Positions 1 through 8,506 of a DNA stretch of 26,305 bases are shown in pieces. The position numbers and the translations under genes are program-made. The stretch covers positions 1 to 26,305 of the IMG/VR virus record IMGVR_UViG_3300031683_000030. One strand, given 5' to 3'. Position 1 is the stretch's first letter. Each line of letters opens with the position of its first letter. The stretch is from a virus (lineage: Duplodnaviria; Caudoviricetes). Below the pieces are notes generated by a model. It was given only the letters and a program-made list of their open reading frames with translations. It ran no database searches and was not told the DNA's origin.

Positions 1-52
1 AACCCTCATTAGTTTTCAAGACTAACGCGATCGACCACTCTGCCAACCCTCT
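1..52 (-). tRNA. tRNA-Ser(TGA), 3' part truncated by the window edge
   Basis: Reverse complement AGAGGGT-TG-GCAGAGTGGTCGATCGC-G-TTAGT-CT-TGA-AA-ACTAA: D arm with GG and a perfect anticodon stem, followed by the start of the variable region. Confidence 0.88.
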
Positions 53-63
53 ATAATTTAAAA

Positions 64-139
64 TGGCTCCTGAAGTTGGGCTCGAACCAACGACAAATAG
101 ATTAACAGTCTACTACTCTACCAACTGAGCTATTCAGGA
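64..139 (-). tRNA. tRNA-Asn(GTT)
   Basis: 76-nt cloverleaf: acceptor TCCTGAA/TTCAGGA, anticodon loop CT-GTT-AA, T loop TTCGAGC, encoded CCA. Confidence 0.96.
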
Positions 140-158
140 ATAATTTAATGAGTGTAAA

Positions 159-234
159 TGGTGGAGCCTAACGGGATCGAACCGTTGACCTGTTGCTTGC
201 AAAGCAACCGCTCTCCCAACTGAGCTAAGGCCCC
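159..234 (-). tRNA. tRNA-Ala(TGC)
   Basis: 76-nt cloverleaf: GGGGCCT/AGGCTCC acceptor with the G3:U70 Ala identity pair, anticodon TGC, TTCGATC T loop, encoded CCA. Confidence 0.97.
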
Positions 235-275
235 ATATACTAGCTTTACTGGATGCAAAGCATTTTGTTACTAGT

Positions 276-282
276 TATTTAT
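276..282 (-). promoter_or_regulatory. T4-late-like promoter box (ATAAATA) upstream of tRNA-Ala/Asn/Ser
   Basis: GATAAATAAC on the minus strand about 40 nt before tRNA-Ala; the same box recurs in other intergenic gaps. Confidence 0.5.
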
Positions 283-319
283 CATAAACAGTTAACTAAT
301 TTGTCAATTGCTTCTTTAC

Positions 320-958
320 TTAACTTAATCTACCAAATCCCCATTGGCGTTCTGTACACCACCAACATTCACCGCAGTGCCCACTATGTGGGTTTGGTAT
401 CTTCGGACTATGTATAGTCTTCCATTCACAGCTTCGAGTAAGTGGATACAATGATTCCATTAAATCACATTCTCGGTACATCTCTGCAATGGCTCTCTTA
501 TCTATATTAGTCCATGGTAGATAATTATGTCTCATATAAGGCGAACGTGTTACATTAGGATTTCGTTGTTCGTCTTCTGTACTTTCCCCACTTAATACAA
601 CATCACTTGGTGGATTTGCTGTTATTCCAGAATAAACAGTATCTACAATATTATCTGCGTGATACTGATTTGGAGTTTTAAACAATATATCAGGATTCTG
701 TGTAGGGCTGTATATTACATGCTGAATGAAATTATAATTATTTGTTAATTCAGCACACTTGCTTATAACATTAACACTTGCTTTGGTATTAGTATTCAAT
801 TTACTAAGGTTTGCTATAGTAAAAATATGTACAGTTGTAGTTGAATATTTAAGCAGGAAATATAATAATAAAGCACTATCGGCTCCACCTGACACGGTTA
901 TGCCATTGTTGCCATCAATTATATCTAAGTTGTTCCCACAAATATTATAACTTGTCAC
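320..958 (-). CDS. QueC-like PP-loop ATP pyrophosphatase (7-cyano-7-deazaguanine synthase-like)
   Basis: PP-loop SGGADS near the N-terminus; C-terminal Zn-binding cluster TRSC-x17-CGECWWC-x2-R; GTG start with AAGGA Shine-Dalgarno. Confidence 0.75.
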   Translation of the reverse strand: MTSYNICGNNLDIIDGNNGITVSGGADSALLLYFLLKYSTTTVHIFTIANLSKLNTNTKASVNVISKCAELTNNYNFIQHVIYSPTQNPDILFKTPNQYHADNIVDTVYSGITANPPSDVVLSGESTEDEQRNPNVTRSPYMRHNYLPWTNIDKRAIAEMYRECDLMESLYPLTRSCEWKTIHSPKIPNPHSGHCGECWWCTERQWGFGRLS

Positions 959-972
959 TGTGTGTCCTTAAA

Positions 973-1057
973 TGGTGCGGCAGGAGAGACTCGAACTCTC
1001 ACACTGTAAAGTACAGGTACCTAAAACCTGCGTGTCTACCAATTCCACCACAGCCGC
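973..1057 (-). tRNA. tRNA-Leu(TAG)
   Basis: 85 nt with long variable arm; anticodon stem CAGGT/ACCTG, loop TT-TAG-GT; TTCGAGT T loop; CCA; one U:U mismatch in the acceptor stem. Confidence 0.93.
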
Positions 1058-1068
1058 TTAATTAGTAA

Positions 1069-1144
1069 TGGTGCCGCAACCAAGAGTCGAACTCGGGACC
1101 TATTCATTACAAGTGAATTGCTCTACCAACTGAGCTATTGCGGC
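1069..1144 (-). tRNA. tRNA-Thr(TGT)
   Basis: 76-nt cloverleaf: GCCGCAA/TTGCGGC acceptor, ATTCA-CT-TGT-AA-TGAAT anticodon arm, encoded CCA. Confidence 0.96.
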
Positions 1145-1164
1145 GTTATTCTTTTGTTAAGCTT

Positions 1165-1193
1165 AATATACTACATTAAGTTATGATTGTCAA
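1165..1193 (-). promoter_or_regulatory. sigma70-type promoter for the tRNA cluster
   Basis: TTGACA-N17-TATATT, 20 nt upstream of tRNA-Thr. Confidence 0.75.
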
Positions 1194-1244
1194 GAACTTT
1201 TTTAATTATAATTGACAGTAGATGGTATTCATTATCTACAGTGT

Positions 1245-1251
1245 TATTTAT
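1245..1251 (-). promoter_or_regulatory. T4-late-like promoter box upstream of the tRNA cluster
   Basis: GATAAATAAC, the same 10-mer as at the 276-282 box. Confidence 0.45.
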
Positions 1252-1293
1252 CACGGTGTGTATTACTTGCGCGTTAACGCAAATAATACCGTG
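1252..1293. terminator. Imperfect hairpin downstream of the glycine-zipper gene, possible terminator
   Basis: Arms cacgg..tatta-c-ttgcg / cgcaa-a-taata-ccgtg; the T-run is on the plus strand only. Confidence 0.35.
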
Positions 1294-1297
1294 GTTT

Positions 1298-1840
1298 TTA
1301 GATTGGCGTTACGTTCATTTTAACGTCAATTACAGTGCCTATACTATGACAGTTACGGCTTGTAAATGTATGCTGTATATTACCCAGTGCTGGAATCTTA
1401 ACAGTTGTCTTACACTGTGTAGCGCCTGGTGTGTATGAAATTTGATTTATTGTAGAACAATTACGTTGTTGTTGATATCCAACAATTACACGACTATTGT
1501 TATTTTTCTTCTGCGCTTTGTCAGCGCCTACAATGCCTCCAATTACTGCACCAATTGCAGCAGTATCAGATCCGCCTAATGCCTTTCCGCCTAGTCCGCC
1601 TAGCAGCATGCCAAGAAATGCACTTTCGCCTGCACTAGTGTTATTTTGTGCTTGGCCATAAATTGGAACATCAACTATGTTACATTGTGTAACTGGAGTA
1701 ACTACACGTTGCTCTGGGCCTTGTGTGTACACTGTTCTTGTTACTTCACTTGATAATGTTACAATTGTTGCACTTGCTGATGTTGCAATACTTGTAAGTA
1801 GTGCAAAGATACATAATGTACTAAATTTAATATTTTTCAT
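1298..1840 (-). CDS. Exported glycine-zipper 2TM (YcfJ-like) protein
   Basis: N-terminal signal peptide (MKNIK, hydrophobic core, ASA); glycine zipper GMLLGGLGG..AIGAVIGGIVG flanked by Cys; AGGAG Shine-Dalgarno. Confidence 0.7.
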   Translation of the reverse strand: MKNIKFSTLCIFALLTSIATSASATIVTLSSEVTRTVYTQGPEQRVVTPVTQCNIVDVPIYGQAQNNTSAGESAFLGMLLGGLGGKALGGSDTAAIGAVIGGIVGADKAQKKNNNSRVIVGYQQQRNCSTINQISYTPGATQCKTTVKIPALGNIQHTFTSRNCHSIGTVIDVKMNVTPI

Positions 1841-1857
1841 ATTCTTCTCCTGCTGGT

Positions 1858-2145
1858 TTATTGTAGTTCTGGAAACATACGTTTCACATAATTTTTTACT
1901 ATAACACGTGTATCATTATCTACTTCGCAAATTCGTACTAGCGGTTGGTCGATTCCAAACGTGCGTATTTCTTCTTTTGCAAGATGCAACAGTTGTCGCT
2001 TGTTTAATTGTTGCAATCTGTTTAAGTCTATTGCTTCACTAAGCAATGCGCTCAGAATGTAGTCACCTACATCGTTGTCACTAAGTGGGACCTCGATCTT
2101 CGCATTAATGCGTTTTACTCCGTCTTCGTATGTTGTTGCTCTCAT
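1858..2145 (-). CDS. Hypothetical protein (probable start MRATTYED at 2145)
   Basis: Fills the gap in the minus-strand gene run; the ATG at 2181 lies only 2 nt after the predicted -10 box, so the internal ATG is preferred. Confidence 0.65.
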   Translation of the reverse strand: MRATTYEDGVKRINAKIEVPLSDNDVGDYILSALLSEAIDLNRLQQLNKRQLLHLAKEEIRTFGIDQPLVRICEVDNDTRVIVKNYVKRMFPELQ

Positions 2146-2183
2146 AGTTTTACCAATGTCTATTACGTTATACCAATACATAT

Positions 2184-2212
2184 ACTATAACAGTAAGATG
2201 CATTGCTGTCAA
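2184..2212 (-). promoter_or_regulatory. sigma70-type early promoter
   Basis: TTGACA-N17-TATAGT; the spacer contains GCAATGCATCTTAC, similar to the palindrome at 26197-26210. Confidence 0.75.
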
Positions 2213-2269
2213 CCATTAAATGCTGGTTTTTTTGAAATTAGTTACCAATTAGTGGATAATTGAGTAATT

Positions 2270-3703
2270 TTATGGAGTTTCAACATATTCAGCCGGTACT
2301 AGCTGTATCCATTTTGTTCCATTATATCCTTCAAACATGTTAGTGTCTGTATTAAAGAACATTACTCCTGGTGCAGGAGTAGGGCGATTTGCAGCTGCGC
2401 CTGTTGGCAGCTGTACACCCACAGGATGTACAATGGCATTAAGTCCAGCATTTAATTCTGCTGTAGTGGCATACCCACTTAAATCAACGCTTCCACTACT
2501 TGCAATATTTGCTACTTGTTGATTAACGTATGCTTCTGTTGCCAAGCCTGCTAGACTCGAAGAGCTAACAGCACTAGCTGGTTGTCCAAGTATAACAGTT
2601 GTAGCTGGTGGGCTGTTTAATACTATTCCACTCTCTTGCAGTCCTGCTGCTCCAGGGTCTGTACTCAATGTTATTGGGGAACCTGCACTTTTATCGGTTA
2701 TAACCGATGCAGCACTGCTATAACCGATAATTCTACCGCAATAATCGTGGACTGGTACGCGGTCATTAAGATCTACACTTGGCAGGTCATCTGCTTTTAA
2801 TTTAGCTAACATTGATGCATCAAGTAAATAATCAAATATTGTATTACCTGCTTCGTCGACTGCATACCCTTTTAAGCTACTATAAGCTGACTTTAACCCA
2901 CCTGCAATGCTTTGCGCAGAATTTAATGTTAATGTACTAGTATCAATTGCTGTTCCTACACCAGTGTGTACAGTCGCATCAGTTGACGCAAATGTGCTGC
3001 CGCCTGTGTCTGTTGTGCCACTGAAGTTGTTCTCAAACGTTACTAAGTTTTTCATGTCGGATGAGAATGCATTTAGCTCTAATACTACGCCAGCTAATGC
3101 ATTGGCTGGAATGTTAGCAATGCTGCCAAATTCAGCTTCTAGACTTCCTAGTTGGCTTAATATTCCACCATTGAACACACCGCCATTGAATCCGCCGCCT
3201 GCGCCTATACAGCCGCCTATGTCACTGTCTAGCATTGTTCCTAATTTATCCAACAGTGCTTTACCTGCTCCAAGGTACGAACCAAATATATCTTTTAATA
3301 CGTTAGGAATGGGCTTTGGTGTAACAGGTGTACCACAGAAGTTAATCATATTAGCTATTGCAGCAATTTCAGCAATAGCTGCATTAAGACGCGATAGTAC
3401 GTTATCTATTCCAGTGTGTGCAATAAATTCGTCAAGTGATGCCTCTGCTTGTGAAAGTGCATTGTACAAGTCAGGGTGTATACCAGGTATGCCAAGTAGC
3501 CTACCTAAGTTAATTTTTAAACATATTTGTAAGTTTGGAAGTTTAATTCCATTACCTGCTAATAGACTGCATATAATTTCTTTTAAACTATAACTTGTAG
3601 TTGTTGCTGTTACTGCACCAGTGCCTATGTCAGCAGTTACATTTGATGCAACATCAAGTGATGTATTGTTTAAGTAGTCTACTGCATTTTTAAAACCAGA
3701 CAT
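2270..3703 (-). CDS. Putative virion tail/baseplate-associated protein
   Basis: Gly/Ser/Ala/Thr-rich; VDLSGYATTAEL repeat-like unit and C-terminal LPTG..RP..G.MFFNTDT..FEGYNG..W motif typical of phage tail-fibre proteins; directly follows PAAR. Confidence 0.6.
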   Translation of the reverse strand: MSGFKNAVDYLNNTSLDVASNVTADIGTGAVTATTTSYSLKEIICSLLAGNGIKLPNLQICLKINLGRLLGIPGIHPDLYNALSQAEASLDEFIAHTGIDNVLSRLNAAIAEIAAIANMINFCGTPVTPKPIPNVLKDIFGSYLGAGKALLDKLGTMLDSDIGGCIGAGGGFNGGVFNGGILSQLGSLEAEFGSIANIPANALAGVVLELNAFSSDMKNLVTFENNFSGTTDTGGSTFASTDATVHTGVGTAIDTSTLTLNSAQSIAGGLKSAYSSLKGYAVDEAGNTIFDYLLDASMLAKLKADDLPSVDLNDRVPVHDYCGRIIGYSSAASVITDKSAGSPITLSTDPGAAGLQESGIVLNSPPATTVILGQPASAVSSSSLAGLATEAYVNQQVANIASSGSVDLSGYATTAELNAGLNAIVHPVGVQLPTGAAANRPTPAPGVMFFNTDTNMFEGYNGTKWIQLVPAEYVETP

Positions 3704-3706
3704 TTA

Positions 3707-3997
3707 TCAGCCGCCTATGTATGTATCAGGGCTGGTGCCAGTTGCTGATGGACTGCAATGGCTACCGCCTGGTAGTGGACACAAGCCATCTGGACTCGCG
3801 CTATTACCACCTATTACAACAAGCTTGTTGTTTATGTACACATTTGGATTAGCTGCATGCAGGTTTCCGCCACCGTGGCTGTTAGAGTCGTTGTCTACGC
3901 TTGCAAGTTTATTGTTAACGTATACATTGCTCTGGCCATTGACGTTTGTTTGTGCGCCGCATGCTCTGCTATCTGTATTTCTGTGTACACCTGCCAC
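3707..3997 (-). CDS. PAAR-family spike tip protein (T4 gp5.4-like)
   Basis: 96 aa with repeated NVYVNNK/NVYINNK units, D..C and H/HC metal-ligand-like residues, C-terminal GTSPDTYIG. Confidence 0.85.
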   Translation of the reverse strand: MAGVHRNTDSRACGAQTNVNGQSNVYVNNKLASVDNDSNSHGGGNLHAANPNVYINNKLVVIGGNSASPDGLCPLPGGSHCSPSATGTSPDTYIGG

Positions 3998-4297
3998 TTA
4001 GGCTCCTCCAACTATCTGAATACTTGATGTTTGTTTAATATACATATCAGTTGCGTCCTTTGCTGACTTAACTGTGCATATAATACTATTTATATTAATC
4101 TTAATCTTTTGCTCTGGAGCAACTGTAAACATAAATGGTGCAAGTCCCATGCCGCCATCTGTTGCCATAAGAATAAGTGGCTTCATTAATGTTAAATGTT
4201 CCTTTGACTCTGCTTCAAGTCGCGCGATCATTTCTTCTCCGCTGTTTAGTTTAATACTAACAACATCACCGTTTTTATAAGGCATTTCTAAAATCAT
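3998..4297 (-). CDS. Hypothetical protein, possibly Sm/SH3-like beta barrel
   Basis: GDVVSIKLNSGEEMIARL beta-rich pattern; ATGA overlap with glutaredoxin. Confidence 0.6.
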   Translation of the reverse strand: MILEMPYKNGDVVSIKLNSGEEMIARLEAESKEHLTLMKPLILMATDGGMGLAPFMFTVAPEQKIKININSIICTVKSAKDATDMYIKQTSSIQIVGGA

Positions 4298-4551
4298 AAT
4301 GTAAATCCTGTTCCGTTAAAGTTTGTGGTTTCAATGTATGTTACAAGTTGATCGTACCCGCCAATAACATTCCCGTTGATTGTAATCTGTGGGAATGTAC
4401 GAGCGGTTGGAGCAATCTCAAACAATTCTTCTCTTGTAAAGTCAACGTCAAGTTGTTTTGCGTCATACTTTATATTAAGTTTTTCTAATAATGCCTTTGC
4501 TGCTGTGCAATATGCACACGCTGGTTTACTGTAAACTACTACTTGTGTCAT
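4294..4551 (-). CDS. Glutaredoxin (RNR electron donor)
   Basis: CAYC active site, RTFPQI cis-Pro motif, IGGYDQL; ATGA-coupled to nrdB. Confidence 0.93.
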   Translation of the reverse strand: MTQVVVYSKPACAYCTAAKALLEKLNIKYDAKQLDVDFTREELFEIAPTARTFPQITINGNVIGGYDQLVTYIETTNFNGTGFTL

Positions 4552-5684
4552 AAGCTAAATCCTTTAAATGAGTCTTTAGAGATATCTTGTTTAACACCAC
4601 CAATGATGTAAGAACTGATCTCTGTTTCTTGTGGTGCAACTTGTACCTCAGCACCACTTATCCATTTCTGTGTCCATGGGAGTGGGTTTGCTTGACTAGT
4701 ACTATAAGGTGCTTTTAGGCCAACTGATGTCATTCGTTTAACAGCAATCCATTCAATGTAGTTAGATAACAATTCTGCATTTAAGCCAATCATTGATCCA
4801 TCTTTGAACAAAAAGTCTGCCCATTTCTTTTCTTGATCTACTGCATCAACAAACATTTGAATACATTCTTCTTCTGTTTCTTTTGCAATTTTAATATAAT
4901 CTGGGTCGTCTTTTGGTAGAATTTTAAGAATAGTCTGTGTACTTGCTAAGTGTAAGTTTTCATCACGTGCAATTAACTTAATAATCTTAGCGTTGCCTTC
5001 CATTTTCTTTAATTCTGCAAATGCCCAGCTACACGCAAACGAGACATAAAAACGAACGCCTTCGAGAATGTTTACACTCATAAGAGTCTTGTATAATAAC
5101 TTTTTAATTTCGTATCTATCGACAATAACTTTCTTGCCGTTTACTGTGTGCTTGCCTTCGCCGAGTAAATTGTAGTATGAAGTGATATTAATTAATTCAT
5201 CATACAATACACTAATTTCATCTGCACATTCCATAATTTCAGCAATATCTGTCATGCCGTCAAACACAACACTTGGGTTGTTATAGATATTACGTATAAT
5301 ATGTGTATAGCTGCGGCTATGGATTGTTTCACTGAACGTCCATGTTTGAATCCAAGCTTCTAGTTCTGGAATTGTAACTAATGGGCCAAATGCCTCTACT
5401 GGTGCTCTGCCTTGAACACTGTCAAGTAAAATCTGACGTTTCAAGTTACTTGTAAATATATGCTGTTCATGGTCTGTTAGTTGCTTAAAGTCGTTTGAAT
5501 CTTTTGTAACATCTACTTCTTCTGGGCGCCAAAAGAACCCAAGTTGCTTATCAGTTAACTTATCAAACTGTTTATACTTTAGCATATCGTATCGCTGTAT
5601 CGCAGTACTGCCATTTGGGTCCAAGAACGCCAATGCAGTAGTGTGATCTGATTTATTGCTAGAGTTGAATACTGATCTTGCCAT
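4548..5684 (-). CDS. nrdB: Ribonucleotide reductase class Ia beta subunit
   Basis: FFWRPEEVD, LLDSVQGR, FSETIHSRSY (radical Tyr), LEGVRFYVSFA, IARDENLH, VAPQETEISSY. Confidence 0.98.
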   Translation of the reverse strand: MARSVFNSSNKSDHTTALAFLDPNGSTAIQRYDMLKYKQFDKLTDKQLGFFWRPEEVDVTKDSNDFKQLTDHEQHIFTSNLKRQILLDSVQGRAPVEAFGPLVTIPELEAWIQTWTFSETIHSRSYTHIIRNIYNNPSVVFDGMTDIAEIMECADEISVLYDELINITSYYNLLGEGKHTVNGKKVIVDRYEIKKLLYKTLMSVNILEGVRFYVSFACSWAFAELKKMEGNAKIIKLIARDENLHLASTQTILKILPKDDPDYIKIAKETEEECIQMFVDAVDQEKKWADFLFKDGSMIGLNAELLSNYIEWIAVKRMTSVGLKAPYSTSQANPLPWTQKWISGAEVQVAPQETEISSYIIGGVKQDISKDSFKGFSL

Positions 5685-5701
5685 TTATACTATTTCTCTT
5701 T

Positions 5702-8011
5702 TTAAATTTTGCAACTATCGCAATCGTCATCATCGTCAATAACTGATTGTGCTAGTGGTTCATCGTTTAGTTTGCTAACGTCAAGTTCGCCCTGTCCGTC
5801 AAATGTGTTAAAGTAATAAAGTTGCTTGCCGCCGTACTTGTAAAACATTAACAAGTGCTGTATCATTACACTCATTGGTATCTTTTCATCTTCGAAGAAT
5901 TGCGGGTTGTAACTTGTATTAACACTAATACCCTGATCGATATACTTTTGTAGTACTGCCATGATCTTTAAATAACCTTCGGGGCTTTTTTGTTCCCAAA
6001 GTAAATCATATTTGTTTTTAAGGCGTGGGTACCCAGGTACAACTTGTTTTAGTACTCCGTGCTTGCTTTGTTTTACACTAACAAATGCACGTGGTGGCTC
6101 AATGCCGTTTGTACTATTACTAATTTGTGCTGATGTCTCAGCTGGCATAAGTGCCATAAGTGTTGAATTCCTAATGCCCGTTTCTTTTAATTGTTCGCGT
6201 AATTCTTTCCATTCCATACGTTCCACGTGGGGCACAAGTTCGTCTACTTCTTGCTTATATGTCTGGTTGGGTGTAAGTCCTTTTCCATATTTTGTTTCGT
6301 TTATTTTACCGATGTTGCCTTTTTCAATTGCAAGATCTGCACTTGCTTTAATAAGGTAATATGACCATGCTTCTGCCCATTCATCAACTAATGCCAATCC
6401 TTCACTGTCAATATCTTGATAGTTTAAATCATTCTTAGCGAGCCAGAACGCAAAGTTAATAATGCCTATTCCCAATGGGCGTCTGTTCATTGTACTCAAT
6501 TCTGCTGCTATTACTGGATAATTTTGATAATCCAGTAATTCGTCTAACGCACGTACAGATAGCCTACACACACGTTCAAAGTCCTTTACTGTCTTAACGT
6601 TGCCCCAATTAATTGCTGCAAGTGTGCATAATGAAATTTCGCCTTCTTCGTCAAATACATGTTCCAGTGGCTTAGTTGGAAGATTAATTTCTGTACACAG
6701 ATTACTCATCTTAATTGGTGCAAGTGTTTCGTCAAATGATCCATGTGTGTTTGCGTGGTCTACATTCATTAAGTAAACACGGCCTGTGTTTTTACGTTCT
6801 TCCATGAAGCTACTAAACAATTCAATAGCAGGAATAGTCTTTTTACGAATCTTTGTATTTGCTTCTGCTGATTCATATAACTTTTTAAATTTAGCTTGAT
6901 CTGCAAAAAATGAATCGTATAAACCTGGAACGTCATGGGGCGAGAATAAAGTAATAACACCACCAGATAATAATCGTTCGTACATTAATTTATTAAATTG
7001 CACACCGTAATCTAAGTGGCGTACTCTATTGTCTTCTGTGCCTTTATTGTTTTTAAGCACTAGCATATCTTCTACTTCTAAGTGCCAGATTGGATAATAC
7101 AATGTTGCTGCTCCGCCACGTACACCACCTTGCGAGCATGACTTAACTGCACTCTGGAACATTTTATAAAAAGGAATAACGCCGGTGTGCGATGCATCAC
7201 CATTACGAATGGGTGAATTAATAGCACGTATACTTCCAGCGCCTACTCCTATGCCTGCTTTCTGACTTACATACTTAACAATTGCACTACTAGTTGCGTT
7301 AATTGAATCTAGACTGTCGCCTGCTTCAATGAGAACACAGCTACTGAATTGTCGTTGTGGGGTACGCAGGCCTGCCATTATAGGAGTGGGTAAACTAATA
7401 TCAAAATTACTAATTGCATCATAGAAGTCTCTAACATACTTCATGCGTGTTTTTGCTGGATATGTCTGAAACAGCGTTGCTGATATCATCATGTACGCAA
7501 TTTGTGGTGTCTCAAAAATATGACCTGTTACGCGATTTTGTACTAAGTACTTTCCGCGAAATTGCTCCATGCCAGCATACGCAATACTCTCATCTCTGTC
7601 ATGTTTAATGTAGCTATCTAATTGACATATCTCGTCAGGCGTATATGATGTAAAGAAATCATCATCATAATATCCAAGTTCAACGTTTCTGCGAGCAATA
7701 GTTTCTAGACTAAACGGTTCAAACTGGCCGTATACTTCTTTGCGTAAATGGTAATTAATCAATCTGCCTGCTACCCATTGATAGTTAGGAGTTTCTTCTG
7801 TAATTAAGTCTGCAGCGGCTTTGATTAATGTTTCTTGCACATCGCTTGTTTTAATGCCTTCATAAAATTGTAAATGACTTCTGATTTCAACTTCACTTGG
7901 ACTAACGCCAGCAATGCCTTCACATGCATAAAATACTACTTTGTGTAATTTATCTAAGTCTAATGACGCAGCTGACTGATCACGCTTTGTTACTGTAATT
8001 TTATTATTCAT
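5702..8011 (-). CDS. nrdA: Ribonucleotide reductase class Ia alpha subunit with N-terminal ATP cone
   Basis: VTKRD ATP cone, FSSCVL, SQGGVRGG, SNLCTEI, SLCTL, MPAETS, LYY, C-terminal CDSC. Confidence 0.98.
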   Translation of the reverse strand: MNNKITVTKRDQSAASLDLDKLHKVVFYACEGIAGVSPSEVEIRSHLQFYEGIKTSDVQETLIKAAADLITEETPNYQWVAGRLINYHLRKEVYGQFEPFSLETIARRNVELGYYDDDFFTSYTPDEICQLDSYIKHDRDESIAYAGMEQFRGKYLVQNRVTGHIFETPQIAYMMISATLFQTYPAKTRMKYVRDFYDAISNFDISLPTPIMAGLRTPQRQFSSCVLIEAGDSLDSINATSSAIVKYVSQKAGIGVGAGSIRAINSPIRNGDASHTGVIPFYKMFQSAVKSCSQGGVRGGAATLYYPIWHLEVEDMLVLKNNKGTEDNRVRHLDYGVQFNKLMYERLLSGGVITLFSPHDVPGLYDSFFADQAKFKKLYESAEANTKIRKKTIPAIELFSSFMEERKNTGRVYLMNVDHANTHGSFDETLAPIKMSNLCTEINLPTKPLEHVFDEEGEISLCTLAAINWGNVKTVKDFERVCRLSVRALDELLDYQNYPVIAAELSTMNRRPLGIGIINFAFWLAKNDLNYQDIDSEGLALVDEWAEAWSYYLIKASADLAIEKGNIGKINETKYGKGLTPNQTYKQEVDELVPHVERMEWKELREQLKETGIRNSTLMALMPAETSAQISNSTNGIEPPRAFVSVKQSKHGVLKQVVPGYPRLKNKYDLLWEQKSPEGYLKIMAVLQKYIDQGISVNTSYNPQFFEDEKIPMSVMIQHLLMFYKYGGKQLYYFNTFDGQGELDVSKLNDEPLAQSVIDDDDDCDSCKI

Positions 8012-8071
8012 TATTAGTTTGTTTCCTTTTTATTAGTACATTATTTACAAGGTTGTCACTTGTATAAAGTG

Positions 8072-8506
8072 TTATGTTAACGTACTAACGCATGTTTTTT
8101 CTAAAATAGTTACATCGTTGTTAATAACATCAATGCTGTTAACTTCACCATAGTTATAGTTTAAAACATGTTTATTGTCTACTATTACTATTAGGTTAAT
8201 ATAACTCTTCTTTGTGTTTTGCACAAGTGCTATTTCGCAACTTGCGTACCCTTCTAGCTGCAACGTATATGCCATTGCTAATGCAATGTTGTTTTCATCA
8301 TATGTTCCATTAGCAATGTATTCCCATGGAGTTGACCATGTAGTGTGATCATATATATCAGTTGTCATGTTTGACATGGGTGCCATTTTCCACAAATCAA
8401 CTGTTGCCTGTAACTGTTCAGTGTAGCTTAGATCAACTAACCCTTTACGGAAACTTCTCCATAACTTAATGCGTTGGTTTGGTGGTGCCTGCCAGTATTC
8501 TTTCAT
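8072..8506 (-). CDS. Hypothetical protein, possibly degenerate transglutaminase-like (BTLCP) fold
   Basis: WSTPWEYIANGTYDENNIALAMAYTL resembles the BTLCP W.TP.E....GDCEDYAIAKY.TL pattern but lacks the Cys. Confidence 0.55.
   Translation of the reverse strand: MKEYWQAPPNQRIKLWRSFRKGLVDLSYTEQLQATVDLWKMAPMSNMTTDIYDHTTWSTPWEYIANGTYDENNIALAMAYTLQLEGYASCEIALVQNTKKSYINLIVIVDNKHVLNYNYGEVNSIDVINNDVTILEKTCVSTLT

Noticed and set aside
281-307. TTGACA...TATGAT sigma70 promoter before tRNA-Ala
   Set aside because: The spacer is only 15 nt, unlike the 17 nt of the other promoters in the window.
1206-1240. Short hairpin GTAGAT/ATCTAC and 8-codon ORF MNTIYCQL as an ncRNA or peptide
   Set aside because: A 6-bp stem and an ORF with no Shine-Dalgarno are expected by chance in AT-rich DNA.
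6769-6963. 64-aa minus-strand ORF nested in nrdA
   Set aside because: Out-of-frame overlap within a highly conserved gene, with no supporting signals.
4548-8011. Introns, inteins or homing endonucleases in nrdA/nrdB
   Set aside because: Both ORFs are continuous and of normal length, with only a 17-nt gap between them.
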